A stretch of 64,000 nucleotides of DNA from Candidatus Fraserbacteria bacterium (lineage in GTDB: Bacteria; Bipolaricaulota; Bipolaricaulia; RBG-16-55-9): NCBI GenBank assembly GCA_037443265.1, contig JBBIOR010000005.1, forward strand, positions 18,546-82,545, read 5' to 3'. Each line of letters opens with the position of its first letter. Within the stretch, counting starts at the first letter, position 1. The position numbers and the translations under genes are program-made. This document shows positions 9,355-18,295 of the stretch, piece after piece. A model generated the notes under the pieces. The model was not told where the DNA came from. It saw nothing but the letters and a program-made list of their open reading frames with translations, and did not search any database.

Positions 9355-9615
9355 ATGCTGGGGGGCCTCGCCTTGGGCGTTCACCCAAGGCGAGGCAATC
9401 GTGACCGTGTCCCAGTCCTGTACGTAGTCGTAGAGCCTGGCCTCTTCGTGAAGAGGAAGTACGCGCGTTGGGGCGTAGACAACGACGCTCTCTATGCCAT
9501 CTCCCCAAAGCGACTTGAACTCAGAGACGGTCAACTCTCGAGGAAGCACCATCAAAGAGAACTCAAAGCGGCTGTGATCCTTCAGCCCTCGGAACCGCAC
9601 GTAGATGAGCTTCAT
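9346..9615 (-). CDS. Small ubiquitin-like (beta-grasp) protein lacking C-terminal GG
   Basis: SD AAGGGG before MKLIYVRF; TVSEFK and LYDYVQDWDTVTI resemble ubiquitin-fold patterns. Confidence 0.6.
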   Translation of the reverse strand: MKLIYVRFRGLKDHSRFEFSLMVLPRELTVSEFKSLWGDGIESVVVYAPTRVLPLHEEARLYDYVQDWDTVTIASPWVNAQGEAPQHVR

Positions 9616-9724
9616 CGTTGCCACCCCTTTCGCTTTCAACACACTCATAGGGAGATACACTCAAGAGAAGGGACGGGTTCCACGCGGGTTCGCGCAGATC
9701 GCCATACGAGGGCTCTCGATAGAC

Positions 9725-10618
9725 TCAAATTTTGATTCGATCTTCCACGGGGTTGGAGAGCCGCCCATGCTCGTGGAAGTAGATCATCGTGGTCTGAATG
9801 GAGCGATGGCGCGCGGCCGCTTGCGCCTCCAGCAGCGACGCCCCGCCCTCGATGGCCAACGTCACAAAGCTATGTCTAAGGGAATGGGCTGAGGTCTTCG
9901 GGGTCTTCACCCCAGCCTTCTTTAAATAATACGTGATCCGGCGGCGGATGTGGCGCGTGCTCAGCCGCAGATCTCCCTTGCGATTCCTCCTATCCACTTT
10001 GACAAAGAGAGGCTCAGCCGGATGGGGCCGGCCGCGACACGCGAGATATTCAAAAATCGCTTGCTCCGTGGCAGGAGCCAGCACGACAAACTCGTCTTTG
10101 GCATCCCGCCCCTTCCCCCAGATGCGCAAGATCCTTCGGCCTTGACGGGTCTCTAGGTCCCCTACGTTCGCGCGATGGACTTCAATGAGGCGAAGCCCGC
10201 CTCTGACCATCAAGTTGATCATCGCATAGTCGCGCTTGCCCAAGATCGTGCGGCGATCGATGGCTTCAAAGACGGACAAAAGCTCAGCCCGCGTGAGATC
10301 TTTTCTGAGATGCCCCCGCGGACGGCGCAGACCTTTGATCCCCTCTACCGGATTCTGGGGCAATAGGCCCTCCTCTACGGCGAAGCGAAAGAACCTCCGC
10401 AAGGCCACCCAGTACGTGAGCACCGTGTTCGCCGCGCGACTTTCCCGAAGCCACTCGCGATAGGCCTTGAGCGTCTCGGCATCGAGCCGGCCGCTGGATT
10501 CTCTCTGCAGCCAGCCGAAGAAGCTCTTAAGCGCCTCCTGATACGTCCTCCGCGTGTTCGAAGAGACGTCAATGGAGCTTAGAAATTGAGCCAGGGTTGC
10601 CTGCCAGGGGACCACCAC
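9725..10618 (-). CDS. Tyrosine recombinase (XerC/D-like)
   Basis: GLRLIE, GKG, HSLRH, H and catalytic Y (TTMIY) present; own promoter TTGTCG-17-TAGAAT. Confidence 0.92.
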   Translation of the reverse strand: MVVPWQATLAQFLSSIDVSSNTRRTYQEALKSFFGWLQRESSGRLDAETLKAYREWLRESRAANTVLTYWVALRRFFRFAVEEGLLPQNPVEGIKGLRRPRGHLRKDLTRAELLSVFEAIDRRTILGKRDYAMINLMVRGGLRLIEVHRANVGDLETRQGRRILRIWGKGRDAKDEFVVLAPATEQAIFEYLACRGRPHPAEPLFVKVDRRNRKGDLRLSTRHIRRRITYYLKKAGVKTPKTSAHSLRHSFVTLAIEGGASLLEAQAAARHRSIQTTMIYFHEHGRLSNPVEDRIKI

Positions 10619-10696
10619 TCACCACCTCATGGAGCGATGGCCTATTCTATGGGGAAACTTCCAGATCGACAAGCACCCCAGCGCACACGGCCCATT

Positions 10697-10734
10697 TGTA
10701 ACGCGGGTTACGCTCGCATGTGACCAAGTTCCCA
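10697..10734. promoter_or_regulatory. Two tandem CRP-like boxes
   Basis: TGTAA-N6-TTACG (10697) and TGTGA-N6-TCCCA (10719), 22 bp apart. Confidence 0.45.
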
Positions 10735-10817
10735 CCCCCGTTTGACAGACCTCCTCCCGCCTGGCCAGAAGAAGCTCTAGAGTAGCAACAGTCTATGCCC
10801 AAGGAGGAGGCACATCT

Positions 10818-11660
10818 ATGAGTAATAAGTCTCTGGTGGTAGCCATAGCGATCCTCTTCTCCGGCCTACTGGCCAGCCAAGCCTGGGCCGCGGAGTATAG
10901 CGATTTGGAGAAGAAGATCGAGGAACTTTCGAAAGAGATCCAGAAGCTCGAGGGGATGGTCAAGGATCTCTCCTTCCAGGTCCAGCAGACGCAGGCCATA
11001 GCCAGCGTCGTGAAAGAATTCTCCTTTGAGCTGAAGAAAGCGGAGAGTTCTCTGCGCGAGCTTCAAGGGATCAACAAGAAAGTGACAGAAGAGATCCAGC
11101 CTCGCCTGCTCACCCTCGAGGGTACCATCCAGGGGGTTGCCGCCAGCTTCAAGGAGAAGCACGACTCCCTGCAGGGGCGGGTCTTTGATCTGGAGACCAG
11201 CGTGCAGGGGCTCGACGCCCGGCTGAAGTCTGTCGAGGGCAAGGTCCGCGAGCTACTCGATCTCGACAGCCACGTCCAACAGCTGGAGAAGCGGCTCTCG
11301 GCCCTGGAGCAGCAAGTGGGCAAGACGGTCGGGATGCCCCCGGATGCGGCCAAATTCATGATGAAGATTCAGGAGCTCTCGGACCGCCTGCAGACCCTGG
11401 AGCAGACGATCGCTACGCTGCCCATCGCGGATCTCAGCGATCAGATCAGCAAGAACCGCGCGCGCCTCTCATCCCTGGAGATCAGCAAGGCCAACACCGA
11501 GGAAGTAGAGGCCCTACAGGCCCGAATCATGCAGCTAGAGCAGCAATTGCAGGCCGAGGTGGAGGAGGTCAAGACTCAGACGAGCATGAACACGGCCCTA
11601 GCCGGCTTGGGGTTGGCTGCCGCTTTAGTCGCTCTAGCCAGCATCTTCGGGATCATTTAG
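10818..11660 (+). CDS. Exported coiled-coil protein with C-terminal membrane anchor, paralog of 7956..9107
   Basis: SD AAGGAGG; signal peptide AWA; heptads; terminal ALAGLGLAAALVALASIFGII. Confidence 0.8.
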   Translation: MSNKSLVVAIAILFSGLLASQAWAAEYSDLEKKIEELSKEIQKLEGMVKDLSFQVQQTQAIASVVKEFSFELKKAESSLRELQGINKKVTEEIQPRLLTLEGTIQGVAASFKEKHDSLQGRVFDLETSVQGLDARLKSVEGKVRELLDLDSHVQQLEKRLSALEQQVGKTVGMPPDAAKFMMKIQELSDRLQTLEQTIATLPIADLSDQISKNRARLSSLEISKANTEEVEALQARIMQLEQQLQAEVEEVKTQTSMNTALAGLGLAAALVALASIFGII

Positions 11661-11729
11661 CCAGCCAGCTAAAAGAGCGAAGCTCAAAGGCGACCACCAC
11701 AACCACAAGAAGATCCAGCAAGAAACCAA

Positions 11730-11766
11730 GAGCCATCCTGGTCTGGCCTCCTCACCAGGATGGCTC
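11730..11766 (-). terminator. Intrinsic terminator of ABC operon
   Basis: 13-bp stem GAGCCATCCTGGT/ACCAGGATGGCTC with U-rich tail on minus strand. Confidence 0.65.
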
Positions 11767-11771
11767 CTCTG

Positions 11772-12503
11772 TTATTCCGTGCCAGGCAACTCCATTTCCC
11801 GGAAGCGCCAGATGGCCAACCCGAGGGGGATGGCTGTCCAGCCGAACAAGACTCCCACACTGGCCGCCATGGAGACATCAGTGGGCAGACCCAGCAGATG
11901 ATGCGCGAACCCTTCCGCGTAATGCCGGATGCTCAGCTGAGTGGCTGCCGGCGAGATGCGACTCAACGACTCTTCCCAGCCCAGAATATAGGCAAAGCCC
12001 CAAATGAGCGCCCGGTCGAAGAAAAGACTTAAAGCCAAGAAGAAAGCCCCGTAGGCCAGCAGGGCCAAAGCCGTTGTCAGCAGGAGTCTTCCGATCAAGT
12101 CCCAGTTGCTCGTAGCCAGTAGAGCTGTGGCCACCAGACTGAGTCCAGCAAAGAGTAGCGCGGTCAAGATGGCCGCGGCGTATTTTGCAAGCACGATCGT
12201 AGCCCGCAAGACCGGCTTCGTCCAGAGATAAACGATCGTTTCATTCTGAATCTCTTCTCTGAGCGCTGTGGCCGTAAGAAGCAGCGCAATCGCCGGATAT
12301 ACGAGCGGCAGCTGAAAACCCTTGAAGAGCTCCCTCAAGAATCCCTCTGAGACGATACGGGGATCGAGTCTGCCCGCCTGGAGCATCACCGCCATAATGA
12401 GCAGGGGAAACGCGCTCAGAATCAATAAGAAGAGCCAGAGTCCCAGGCGTCGCCAGCCCACCAGCTGCCGCAGACTCAACTGCACAAGCGCGCGAGAGAT
12501 CAT
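11772..12503 (-). CDS. ABC-2 type transporter permease
   Basis: About 6 TM; EEIQNETIVYLWTKP motif. Confidence 0.85.
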   Translation of the reverse strand: MISRALVQLSLRQLVGWRRLGLWLFLLILSAFPLLIMAVMLQAGRLDPRIVSEGFLRELFKGFQLPLVYPAIALLLTATALREEIQNETIVYLWTKPVLRATIVLAKYAAAILTALLFAGLSLVATALLATSNWDLIGRLLLTTALALLAYGAFFLALSLFFDRALIWGFAYILGWEESLSRISPAATQLSIRHYAEGFAHHLLGLPTDVSMAASVGVLFGWTAIPLGLAIWRFREMELPGTE

Positions 12504-13408
12504 CGCACCAAATAGCGAAAGACGCTCTCCAGATCCTCGTCTAAGCTCACGATGCGCATAAGCCTCACTCCAGCCTCGAACGCCACTTGCGGAAGCCGGC
12601 TGTAGAAGACATCAGGCTCGCTCACGTCCGCGATCAGTTCACCGTCGGCCAGGCTCAGCCCACGCACCAGGGCTCTTTCCGTAAGCAACGCCGCCAGGCG
12701 CTTGGAATCGCTCGCCTGGATCGAGACTCTGTGGGGCCAATCGTCCAGGGAGGCGCGAATCGCCCGAAAATCTCCAAACGCCACGAGCCGACCGCGATGG
12801 ATGAGCATGATCTGAGAAGCCATCCGCTCCACCTCGTAGAGCACGTGAGAAGAGACGACGATCGTCTTGCCCGCCTCCCCCAGCCTTTTGATTAGAGCCA
12901 TGAGAATCCGTCGCTGGGTGGGATCGGCCCCCTTGAGCGGCTCATCCAGCAAGAGCACCTCCGGGTCGTGCAGGAGGCTTTGAGCGATCTTGAGGCGCTG
13001 GCGCATCCCTCGACTGTAAGCCCCAATCTTCTTGTCCTTCTGCGCTTCAAGATCCACTTGCTGCAACGCTCGGAGAGCCGCGCCTTGAGGGTCGCTTACG
13101 CCCTGAAGCCTAGCCATCAGCTCCAGGAACTCACCCCCAGTCATAAAATCATAGAGCCGATCGCTCTCGGGGCAGTAGCCGATCTGCCTGTAAAGCCGTG
13201 GATTTTGGCGAGGCGATTGCCCAAAGAGGCTCACCCGACCGGAAGTGGGCTTAAGCAGCCCGGCCAAAAGCTTCAACAGCGTAGTCTTGCCCGCGCCGTT
13301 GGGACCCAGAAGCCCCGTCACCCCCGGCCCCAGCTCGAACGAGATGTCGCTTACGGCCACGACATCACCGTAGCGCTTCGTCACATGATCGACTTCAATG
13401 ACGCCCAT
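12500..13408 (-). CDS. ABC transporter ATP-binding protein
   Basis: GPNGAGKT, YSRGMRQR, LLLDEP. Confidence 0.92.
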   Translation of the reverse strand: MGVIEVDHVTKRYGDVVAVSDISFELGPGVTGLLGPNGAGKTTLLKLLAGLLKPTSGRVSLFGQSPRQNPRLYRQIGYCPESDRLYDFMTGGEFLELMARLQGVSDPQGAALRALQQVDLEAQKDKKIGAYSRGMRQRLKIAQSLLHDPEVLLLDEPLKGADPTQRRILMALIKRLGEAGKTIVVSSHVLYEVERMASQIMLIHRGRLVAFGDFRAIRASLDDWPHRVSIQASDSKRLAALLTERALVRGLSLADGELIADVSEPDVFYSRLPQVAFEAGVRLMRIVSLDEDLESVFRYLVR

Positions 13409-14331
13409 TAGCGCATCTCACGATGATAGCTCATCCAGACGATCGCCCACGAGAGGGCGATTACAGCCAGCGCTCCGGCCAGATAAGCCCAGACAGAGAG
13501 AGGCTCAATGCGCAGGAGATCCCCGGGGAGCTCAATGGGGCTCAGCGTCCCGAAGAGCCCGTCTTTGACCCGTAGTGGCAGATCTCCCAGATCTAAGAGC
13601 ATCACCCAGGGTTCCCGGAGAGCGAAGAGGAGCAGGCCGTTCAACAAGCCCCCGAGGAAGATGAGGCCGAGGATGGCACCGGCGGCATAGCCGCGACTGA
13701 CCGTCAGCGACGAGATGCCCATCGCCCAGCTCGTATAGAAGAGGGCGAGCAACAGGCCGGAAGCGAGGAGTGCTCCAAGATCCCGCAGATGGCGGCTCAG
13801 ATACTCGAGCGCGTCACCCGCGAGAAACGTCTTGCCCAAAAAGAGAAGCAGAGCCGGTCCGAGTGTCACCAGCGCCAGCACCCCAAAGATCGCCCCTGCC
13901 TTCGCCCACAGATAATCATAAACGCGGATGGGTCGCGCCAAATAGAGGGGATAGACCCGATAGCGCCGATCGTCACAGAGCAGCGCCGGAGCCACCAGAG
14001 CGCTCAAGAAAAGAAGCACAATCGCGGAAGCCTCGTAGAAGCCGCTGTAGGGGTTGAGCAGCGTCTGAGGCGCGCCCGCCCCAAAGAAATCAGCCAACTG
14101 GCTCATCAAAAGATAGAAGAAGAAGATGAAGAGCTCGCTGATCAGCAAAAGAATGATCGCCAGCCTATACTTCCAGCTCCTCTTTATTCCCAGAGCGCGC
14201 TTGAGTTCATCCCCGATGAAGCCAGCTAGGGCGTAGCCCCGGCCGAGATAACGCCCCTCATAGGGGCGATAGCCCCTATCATAGATGACACCCTTAGATT
14301 TTGCGCTCATGGCTGGCGATGCAGGTCCCAA
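13408..14331 (-). CDS. ABC-2 type transporter permease
   Basis: Multi-TM; DDRRYRVYPLYLARP motif. Confidence 0.85.
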   Translation of the reverse strand: MGPASPAMSAKSKGVIYDRGYRPYEGRYLGRGYALAGFIGDELKRALGIKRSWKYRLAIILLLISELFIFFFYLLMSQLADFFGAGAPQTLLNPYSGFYEASAIVLLFLSALVAPALLCDDRRYRVYPLYLARPIRVYDYLWAKAGAIFGVLALVTLGPALLLFLGKTFLAGDALEYLSRHLRDLGALLASGLLLALFYTSWAMGISSLTVSRGYAAGAILGLIFLGGLLNGLLLFALREPWVMLLDLGDLPLRVKDGLFGTLSPIELPGDLLRIEPLSVWAYLAGALAVIALSWAIVWMSYHREMR

Positions 14332-15221
14332 AAGAGCTCCTCGAGCGAACGGCTCTCGCGCTCCAGATATCTCAGCTGAACCCCCGTCTGGACGGCCTGC
14401 TGCAGGATCACGTCATACACAACATCGCTATCCGCTTTGACTAGAAGCCTTGTACCCACCGCCTCGACCTTAAGCCCCTCAGCCCTAAGCCCCTGAACAA
14501 AAGCCTCTTGATCGCCCACGACGCGCACCAGAAGCCCCTCGCTTAGCCCCCCTAAAAGCTCGCTCAGCTTGCCCTGCGTAACTACTTGTCCGGCCCGCAA
14601 GATCACGACATACTCGCACACCCGCTCTACATCCCGAAGCAGATGCGAGGAGAGCAACATGCTGATGCCCATCTTCTTGTGAACATCTCCAATGAGATCG
14701 AGCATCTCCCCCCGGCCTTGGGGGTCCAGGCCGCTGGTGGGCTCGTCCAGTAAGACAAGCTTTGGGTCATGGACGAGTGCCTGTGCGAGTTTGACCCGCT
14801 GCTTCATGCCCACGCTGTAGCCCCCAATGGGCCGATAGCGCTCCTCCCCCAAGCCCACCAGATGCAAGACATCATGAGCACGCTGCAGGGCCACCTCTTT
14901 GGGAAGCCCTGAGAGTCGTCCCAAGCGCACTACCAGATCAAACGCGCTTTGATCCGCAGGCAGGCAGTCATCCTCCGGCATGTAGCCCACACGACGGCGA
15001 AGCTCCAGACCCTGTGAGGCCACATCGAACCCCAAGACCCGCGCAGATCCTGAAGTGGGAGAGAGCAGCCCCAACAGCAGCTTCATGAACGTCGTCTTGC
15101 CCGCACCGTTCTCCCCCAAGAGCCCGACACTGCCTTCTGGAATCTCGAGGGATATGCCCTCTAAAGCCGGCAACCCGTTATAGCGCTTGGAAAGATTCTC
15201 CGTAGAGATGGCTGAGGCCAT
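14307..15221 (-). CDS. ABC transporter ATP-binding protein
   Basis: GENGAGKT, YSVGMKQR, LLDEPTSGLDP. Confidence 0.92.
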   Translation of the reverse strand: MASAISTENLSKRYNGLPALEGISLEIPEGSVGLLGENGAGKTTFMKLLLGLLSPTSGSARVLGFDVASQGLELRRRVGYMPEDDCLPADQSAFDLVVRLGRLSGLPKEVALQRAHDVLHLVGLGEERYRPIGGYSVGMKQRVKLAQALVHDPKLVLLDEPTSGLDPQGRGEMLDLIGDVHKKMGISMLLSSHLLRDVERVCEYVVILRAGQVVTQGKLSELLGGLSEGLLVRVVGDQEAFVQGLRAEGLKVEAVGTRLLVKADSDVVYDVILQQAVQTGVQLRYLERESRSLEELFWDLHRQP

Positions 15222-15226
15222 TTATA

Positions 15227-15577
15227 CTAGACCCAAGTCAAGCGGGCCATCTCGGCACCATCGCCCAGACGCGCCGGGAGCTTCAAGACGCGGGTGTAGC
15301 CCCCCGGTCGATCCTTATAGCGCGGGCCGATCTCCTCGAAGAGCTTTTTGACGGCCTCCTTGTTCTGCAGCAAGCGAAATGCCTGGCGGCGGGCCTGGAG
15401 ATCCCCCTGCTTGGCCCACGTGACCAACTTCTCAGCTAAGACGCTACTCTCCTTGGCCCGCGCCACCGTCGTGTCGACTTTCCCATGGGCAATCAGGGCC
15501 TGGACCTGACCGGCTAGCATGAGCTTGCGATGCTGGCTCATGCGATTCAGTTTTCGAAATTTCTTGCGATGCCTCAC
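15227..15577 (-). CDS. rplQ: 50S ribosomal protein L17
   Basis: MRHRK...[10 protein letters not shown]...GDGAEMA. Confidence 0.97.
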   Translation of the reverse strand: MRHRKKFRKLNRMSQHRKLMLAGQVQALIAHGKVDTTVARAKESSVLAEKLVTWAKQGDLQARRQAFRLLQNKEAVKKLFEEIGPRYKDRPGGYTRVLKLPARLGDGAEMARLTWV

Positions 15578-15591
15578 GCTCCCTCCCTCCT

Positions 15592-16566
15592 TCAGGACTT
15601 CTTCTTGGAGGGGATCAGCTCATACCCCAGCTCATGCAAGCGCTCTTCCACCTTGGCCAAGGACTTTTCGCCGAACTTGTGAATGTCGCGCAACTCCTCG
15701 CGGGAGTGCGTCAAGAGATCCCTAAGCGTCACGATGTTGTGCGGCGGTTGCTTGAGCAGATTGCATGCCCGCTTGTCAAACCCAAGTTCCTCCAGCGTCA
15801 GCTCCAAGATCTCCCGCTCCTCTTGTTTCTTCTCTTCCTCCTTGACCCGTGCGTACGGGTGCTGAGCGAACTCCGAGAAGAGCTCAAAGTGACTGATCAG
15901 GATCTGCGCGGCGTGATGGAGGGCCTCCTCCGGCTTGATCGCCCCGTTCGTCTCCAGCTCTAAGATCAAGCGATCGAAGTCGCTCCGCTCGCCCACCCGG
16001 GTCTCCTCGATGCGGAAATTCACTCGTTTCACGGGCGAAAAATCCGAGTCGATGGCGATGACCCCCAAGGGCATGTCCTCCTTCTTGTTGCGCTCGGCCG
16101 AGCGATAGCCGAAGCCCGTCTCCACCTCCATCTCGATCTCCAGCTGGCCGCCTTCATCCAAGGTCGCAATGGGGTGGTCCTTGTTGATGATCTCCACGCC
16201 GGAGGGGGTCTCAATCGCTTCGGCCGTCACCTGGCCGGGGCCTTCGGCTTTGAGCAGCAGCCGACACAGCTCATCCCCCCGAGTGATCCGGATCGCCAGC
16301 TCCTTCAGATTCAGGATGATCTCCAAGAGGGTCTCCTTGACCCCAGGCACCGTATCGTACTCATGGTATTTGCCCCCAAAGCGCACCCGGGTCACCGCCG
16401 CCCCCGGAATGGACGAGAGCAGCACCCTTCTTAGGGCGTTGCCCAGCGTGGTGCCGTACCCGCGCTCCAGCGGCTCCACGACGATCCGCCCATAGCGCCC
16501 ATCCAGCTCTTCCACGCCAATTCGGGGCTCGATCGTCTGTACCTGCTCCATCTCCGCCACTCTCAT
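15592..16566 (-). CDS. rpoA: RNA polymerase alpha subunit
   Basis: [22 protein letters not shown]; alpha-CTD. Confidence 0.97.
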   Translation of the reverse strand: MRVAEMEQVQTIEPRIGVEELDGRYGRIVVEPLERGYGTTLGNALRRVLLSSIPGAAVTRVRFGGKYHEYDTVPGVKETLLEIILNLKELAIRITRGDELCRLLLKAEGPGQVTAEAIETPSGVEIINKDHPIATLDEGGQLEIEMEVETGFGYRSAERNKKEDMPLGVIAIDSDFSPVKRVNFRIEETRVGERSDFDRLILELETNGAIKPEEALHHAAQILISHFELFSEFAQHPYARVKEEEKKQEEREILELTLEELGFDKRACNLLKQPPHNIVTLRDLLTHSREELRDIHKFGEKSLAKVEERLHELGYELIPSKKKS

Positions 16567-16584
16567 GCCACCCTCTCCTCCGCA

Positions 16585-17205
16585 CTAGCGCGAATAGAAC
16601 TCCACAATCAAGTTCATGTCTATGTCCTGACCGATCTCTTCCCGCTTGGGCTTGTCCAGCACCCTGAGCTTACCGTTGAGCCTCTCCAGCCAGCTGGCCG
16701 TGGGACGCTGCTGGACCTCTTTGAGAACAGCTTGAATGCCCTTCTTGCTTAAGGCGCTCTCCTTGAAGGAGACCACGTCTCCAGGCCTCGTCAAGAACGA
16801 GGGGATATCCACCCGGCGCCCGTTGACCCACACGTGCCCGTGCTTGATCCACTGGCGCGCTTGATCCCGCGAGGAGGCTAGACCCCCCCGATAGAGAATG
16901 GTATCTAAACGCCGCTCCAACAGCTCCAAGAGATAGTCGCCTGTGACGCCTTTGACTTTCTTGGCCAACTCCACATAGCGACGGAACTGCCTCTCGCGCA
17001 GCCCATAGATCCTCTTGAGCTTCTGTTTCTCGCGCAGGTGGATGCCGAACTGCGAGAGGCGATGCCGGGTATCCCGGTGCATGCCGGGTGGGTACTTGCG
17101 GCGCGACACGGGGCACTTGTCCGTAAAGCACTTGGTGCCCTTCAAAAAGAGCTTCTGCCCCTCTCGGCGGCAGAGTCTACATTTGGGTCCAATATATATG
17201 CCCAT
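16585..17205 (-). CDS. rpsD: 30S ribosomal protein S4 (Zn-binding type)
   Basis: GPKCRLCRREG, LLERRLD. Confidence 0.97.
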   Translation of the reverse strand: MGIYIGPKCRLCRREGQKLFLKGTKCFTDKCPVSRRKYPPGMHRDTRHRLSQFGIHLREKQKLKRIYGLRERQFRRYVELAKKVKGVTGDYLLELLERRLDTILYRGGLASSRDQARQWIKHGHVWVNGRRVDIPSFLTRPGDVVSFKESALSKKGIQAVLKEVQQRPTASWLERLNGKLRVLDKPKREEIGQDIDMNLIVEFYSR

Positions 17206-17224
17206 ACGAGAATCCCTCTCTACT

Positions 17225-17554
17225 CTACGAGTGCGAGATCGGGGTGATGTTCTTGACCTCCTCTACGCGAAATGGAGAATTCTTCAAAGCGTTGACGACG
17301 GAGTTGCGCCCCGATCCCGTGCCGTTGACGGTGACGATCACAGATTTAATGCCGAATTCCTTCATGCGCTCCATGAGTCTTTCCGTGGCCAGCTGAGCGG
17401 CAAACGGCGTGCCCTTGCGCGACCCCTTGAAGCCCACCACCCCGGGACTGCTCCAGGCGAGCACCCTCCCCGCGAGATCCGTGAGCGTGAGAATCGTGTT
17501 ATTGTACGTCGCATGCACGTGAATGCGCGCTCGCTCCAGCTGCTTCTTGGCCAT
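17225..17554 (-). CDS. rpsK: 30S ribosomal protein S11 (C-terminal tail absent)
   Basis: HVHATYNNT, GFKGSRKGTPFAAQ, ends TPISHS. Confidence 0.95.
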   Translation of the reverse strand: MAKKQLERARIHVHATYNNTILTLTDLAGRVLAWSSPGVVGFKGSRKGTPFAAQLATERLMERMKEFGIKSVIVTVNGTGSGRNSVVNALKNSPFRVEEVKNITPISHS

Positions 17555-17560
17555 AAGGGA

Positions 17561-17929
17561 TCAGCGCTTCTTCCCGGCCTTCGAGGGCCTAGGACCCTTC
17601 CAGGTGCGCGCGTTCGCCCTGGTACGCTGCCCGCGCACCGGAAGCCCCACAGTATGACGAATCCCACGATAGCACTTGATCGCCTTCAAGCGATCGATGT
17701 CTGCCTTCACCTTGCGCCGAAGCTCCCCTTCCACGAGGATCTTGCCCTCAATCTGCTTCCTAAGCTCCGCCACTTCGGCTTCAGAGAGCTCATGCACCCG
17801 TTTATCGGGAGAGATTCTCGCCTCGGCCAAGATCTCAGCGGCCCGCGGACGCCCAATCCCATAGATGTACGTGAGCGCGATCTCCACGCGCTTTTTGCTC
17901 GGCAAATCCACGCCTGCTATACGCGCCAT
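17561..17929 (-). CDS. rpsM: 30S ribosomal protein S13
   Basis: [19 protein letters not shown]. Confidence 0.97.
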   Translation of the reverse strand: MARIAGVDLPSKKRVEIALTYIYGIGRPRAAEILAEARISPDKRVHELSEAEVAELRKQIEGKILVEGELRRKVKADIDRLKAIKCYRGIRHTVGLPVRGQRTRANARTWKGPRPSKAGKKR

Positions 17930-17939
17930 TCGCTTCTCT

Positions 17940-18053
17940 TCACCCCTGACGCTGCTTGTGCTTGGGGTTCTTGCAGATCACCATGACCCGCCCCCCACGG
18001 CGGACGATCTGGCAGTGATCGCACATCTTCCTCACAGAGCTTCGCACTTTCAT
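17940..18053 (-). CDS. rpmJ: 50S ribosomal protein L36 (Zn-binding)
   Basis: Hand-translated [37 protein letters not shown]; below ORF-track cutoff. Confidence 0.97.
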   Translation of the reverse strand: MKVRSSVRKMCDHCQIVRRGGRVMVICKNPKHKQRQG

Positions 18054-18056
18054 CGC

Positions 18057-18275
18057 TTATCCCTCACGATAGACGATCCGGCCTCGCTGGAGATCATACG
18101 GGGAGAACTCCACTACTACGGTGTCTCCCGGCAGGATTTTAATATAATTCTTCCGCATCCTTCCAGAGACGTGGCAGAGGGCCTCTCGTCCATCCTCCAG
18201 CCGGACTTTGAAGGTCGAGCCGGGATACGCCTCGATCACTTCGCCCTGCTTGCGGATGAACTCCCCTTTGCCGAT
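18057..18275 (-). CDS. infA: Translation initiation factor IF-1, probable ATC start
   Basis: SGRMRKNYIKILPGD...SPYDLQRGRI; extending to ATC at 18275 gives 72 aa with a G-rich SD. Confidence 0.93.
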   Translation of the reverse strand: MGKGEFIRKQGEVIEAYPGSTFKVRLEDGREALCHVSGRMRKNYIKILPGDTVVVEFSPYDLQRGRIVYREG

Positions 18276-18295
18276 AGTCTCCCCCCCCTTTTTTT

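Noticed and set aside
9346..10618. Prophage or ICE call from the integrase-like gene
   Set aside because: No phage, conjugation or replication genes and no att pair seen
9108..10817. Invertible promoter switch between the coiled-coil paralogs
   Set aside because: I found no inverted repeat pair flanking the segment, only one core-like site, so inversion is not supported by the visible sequence
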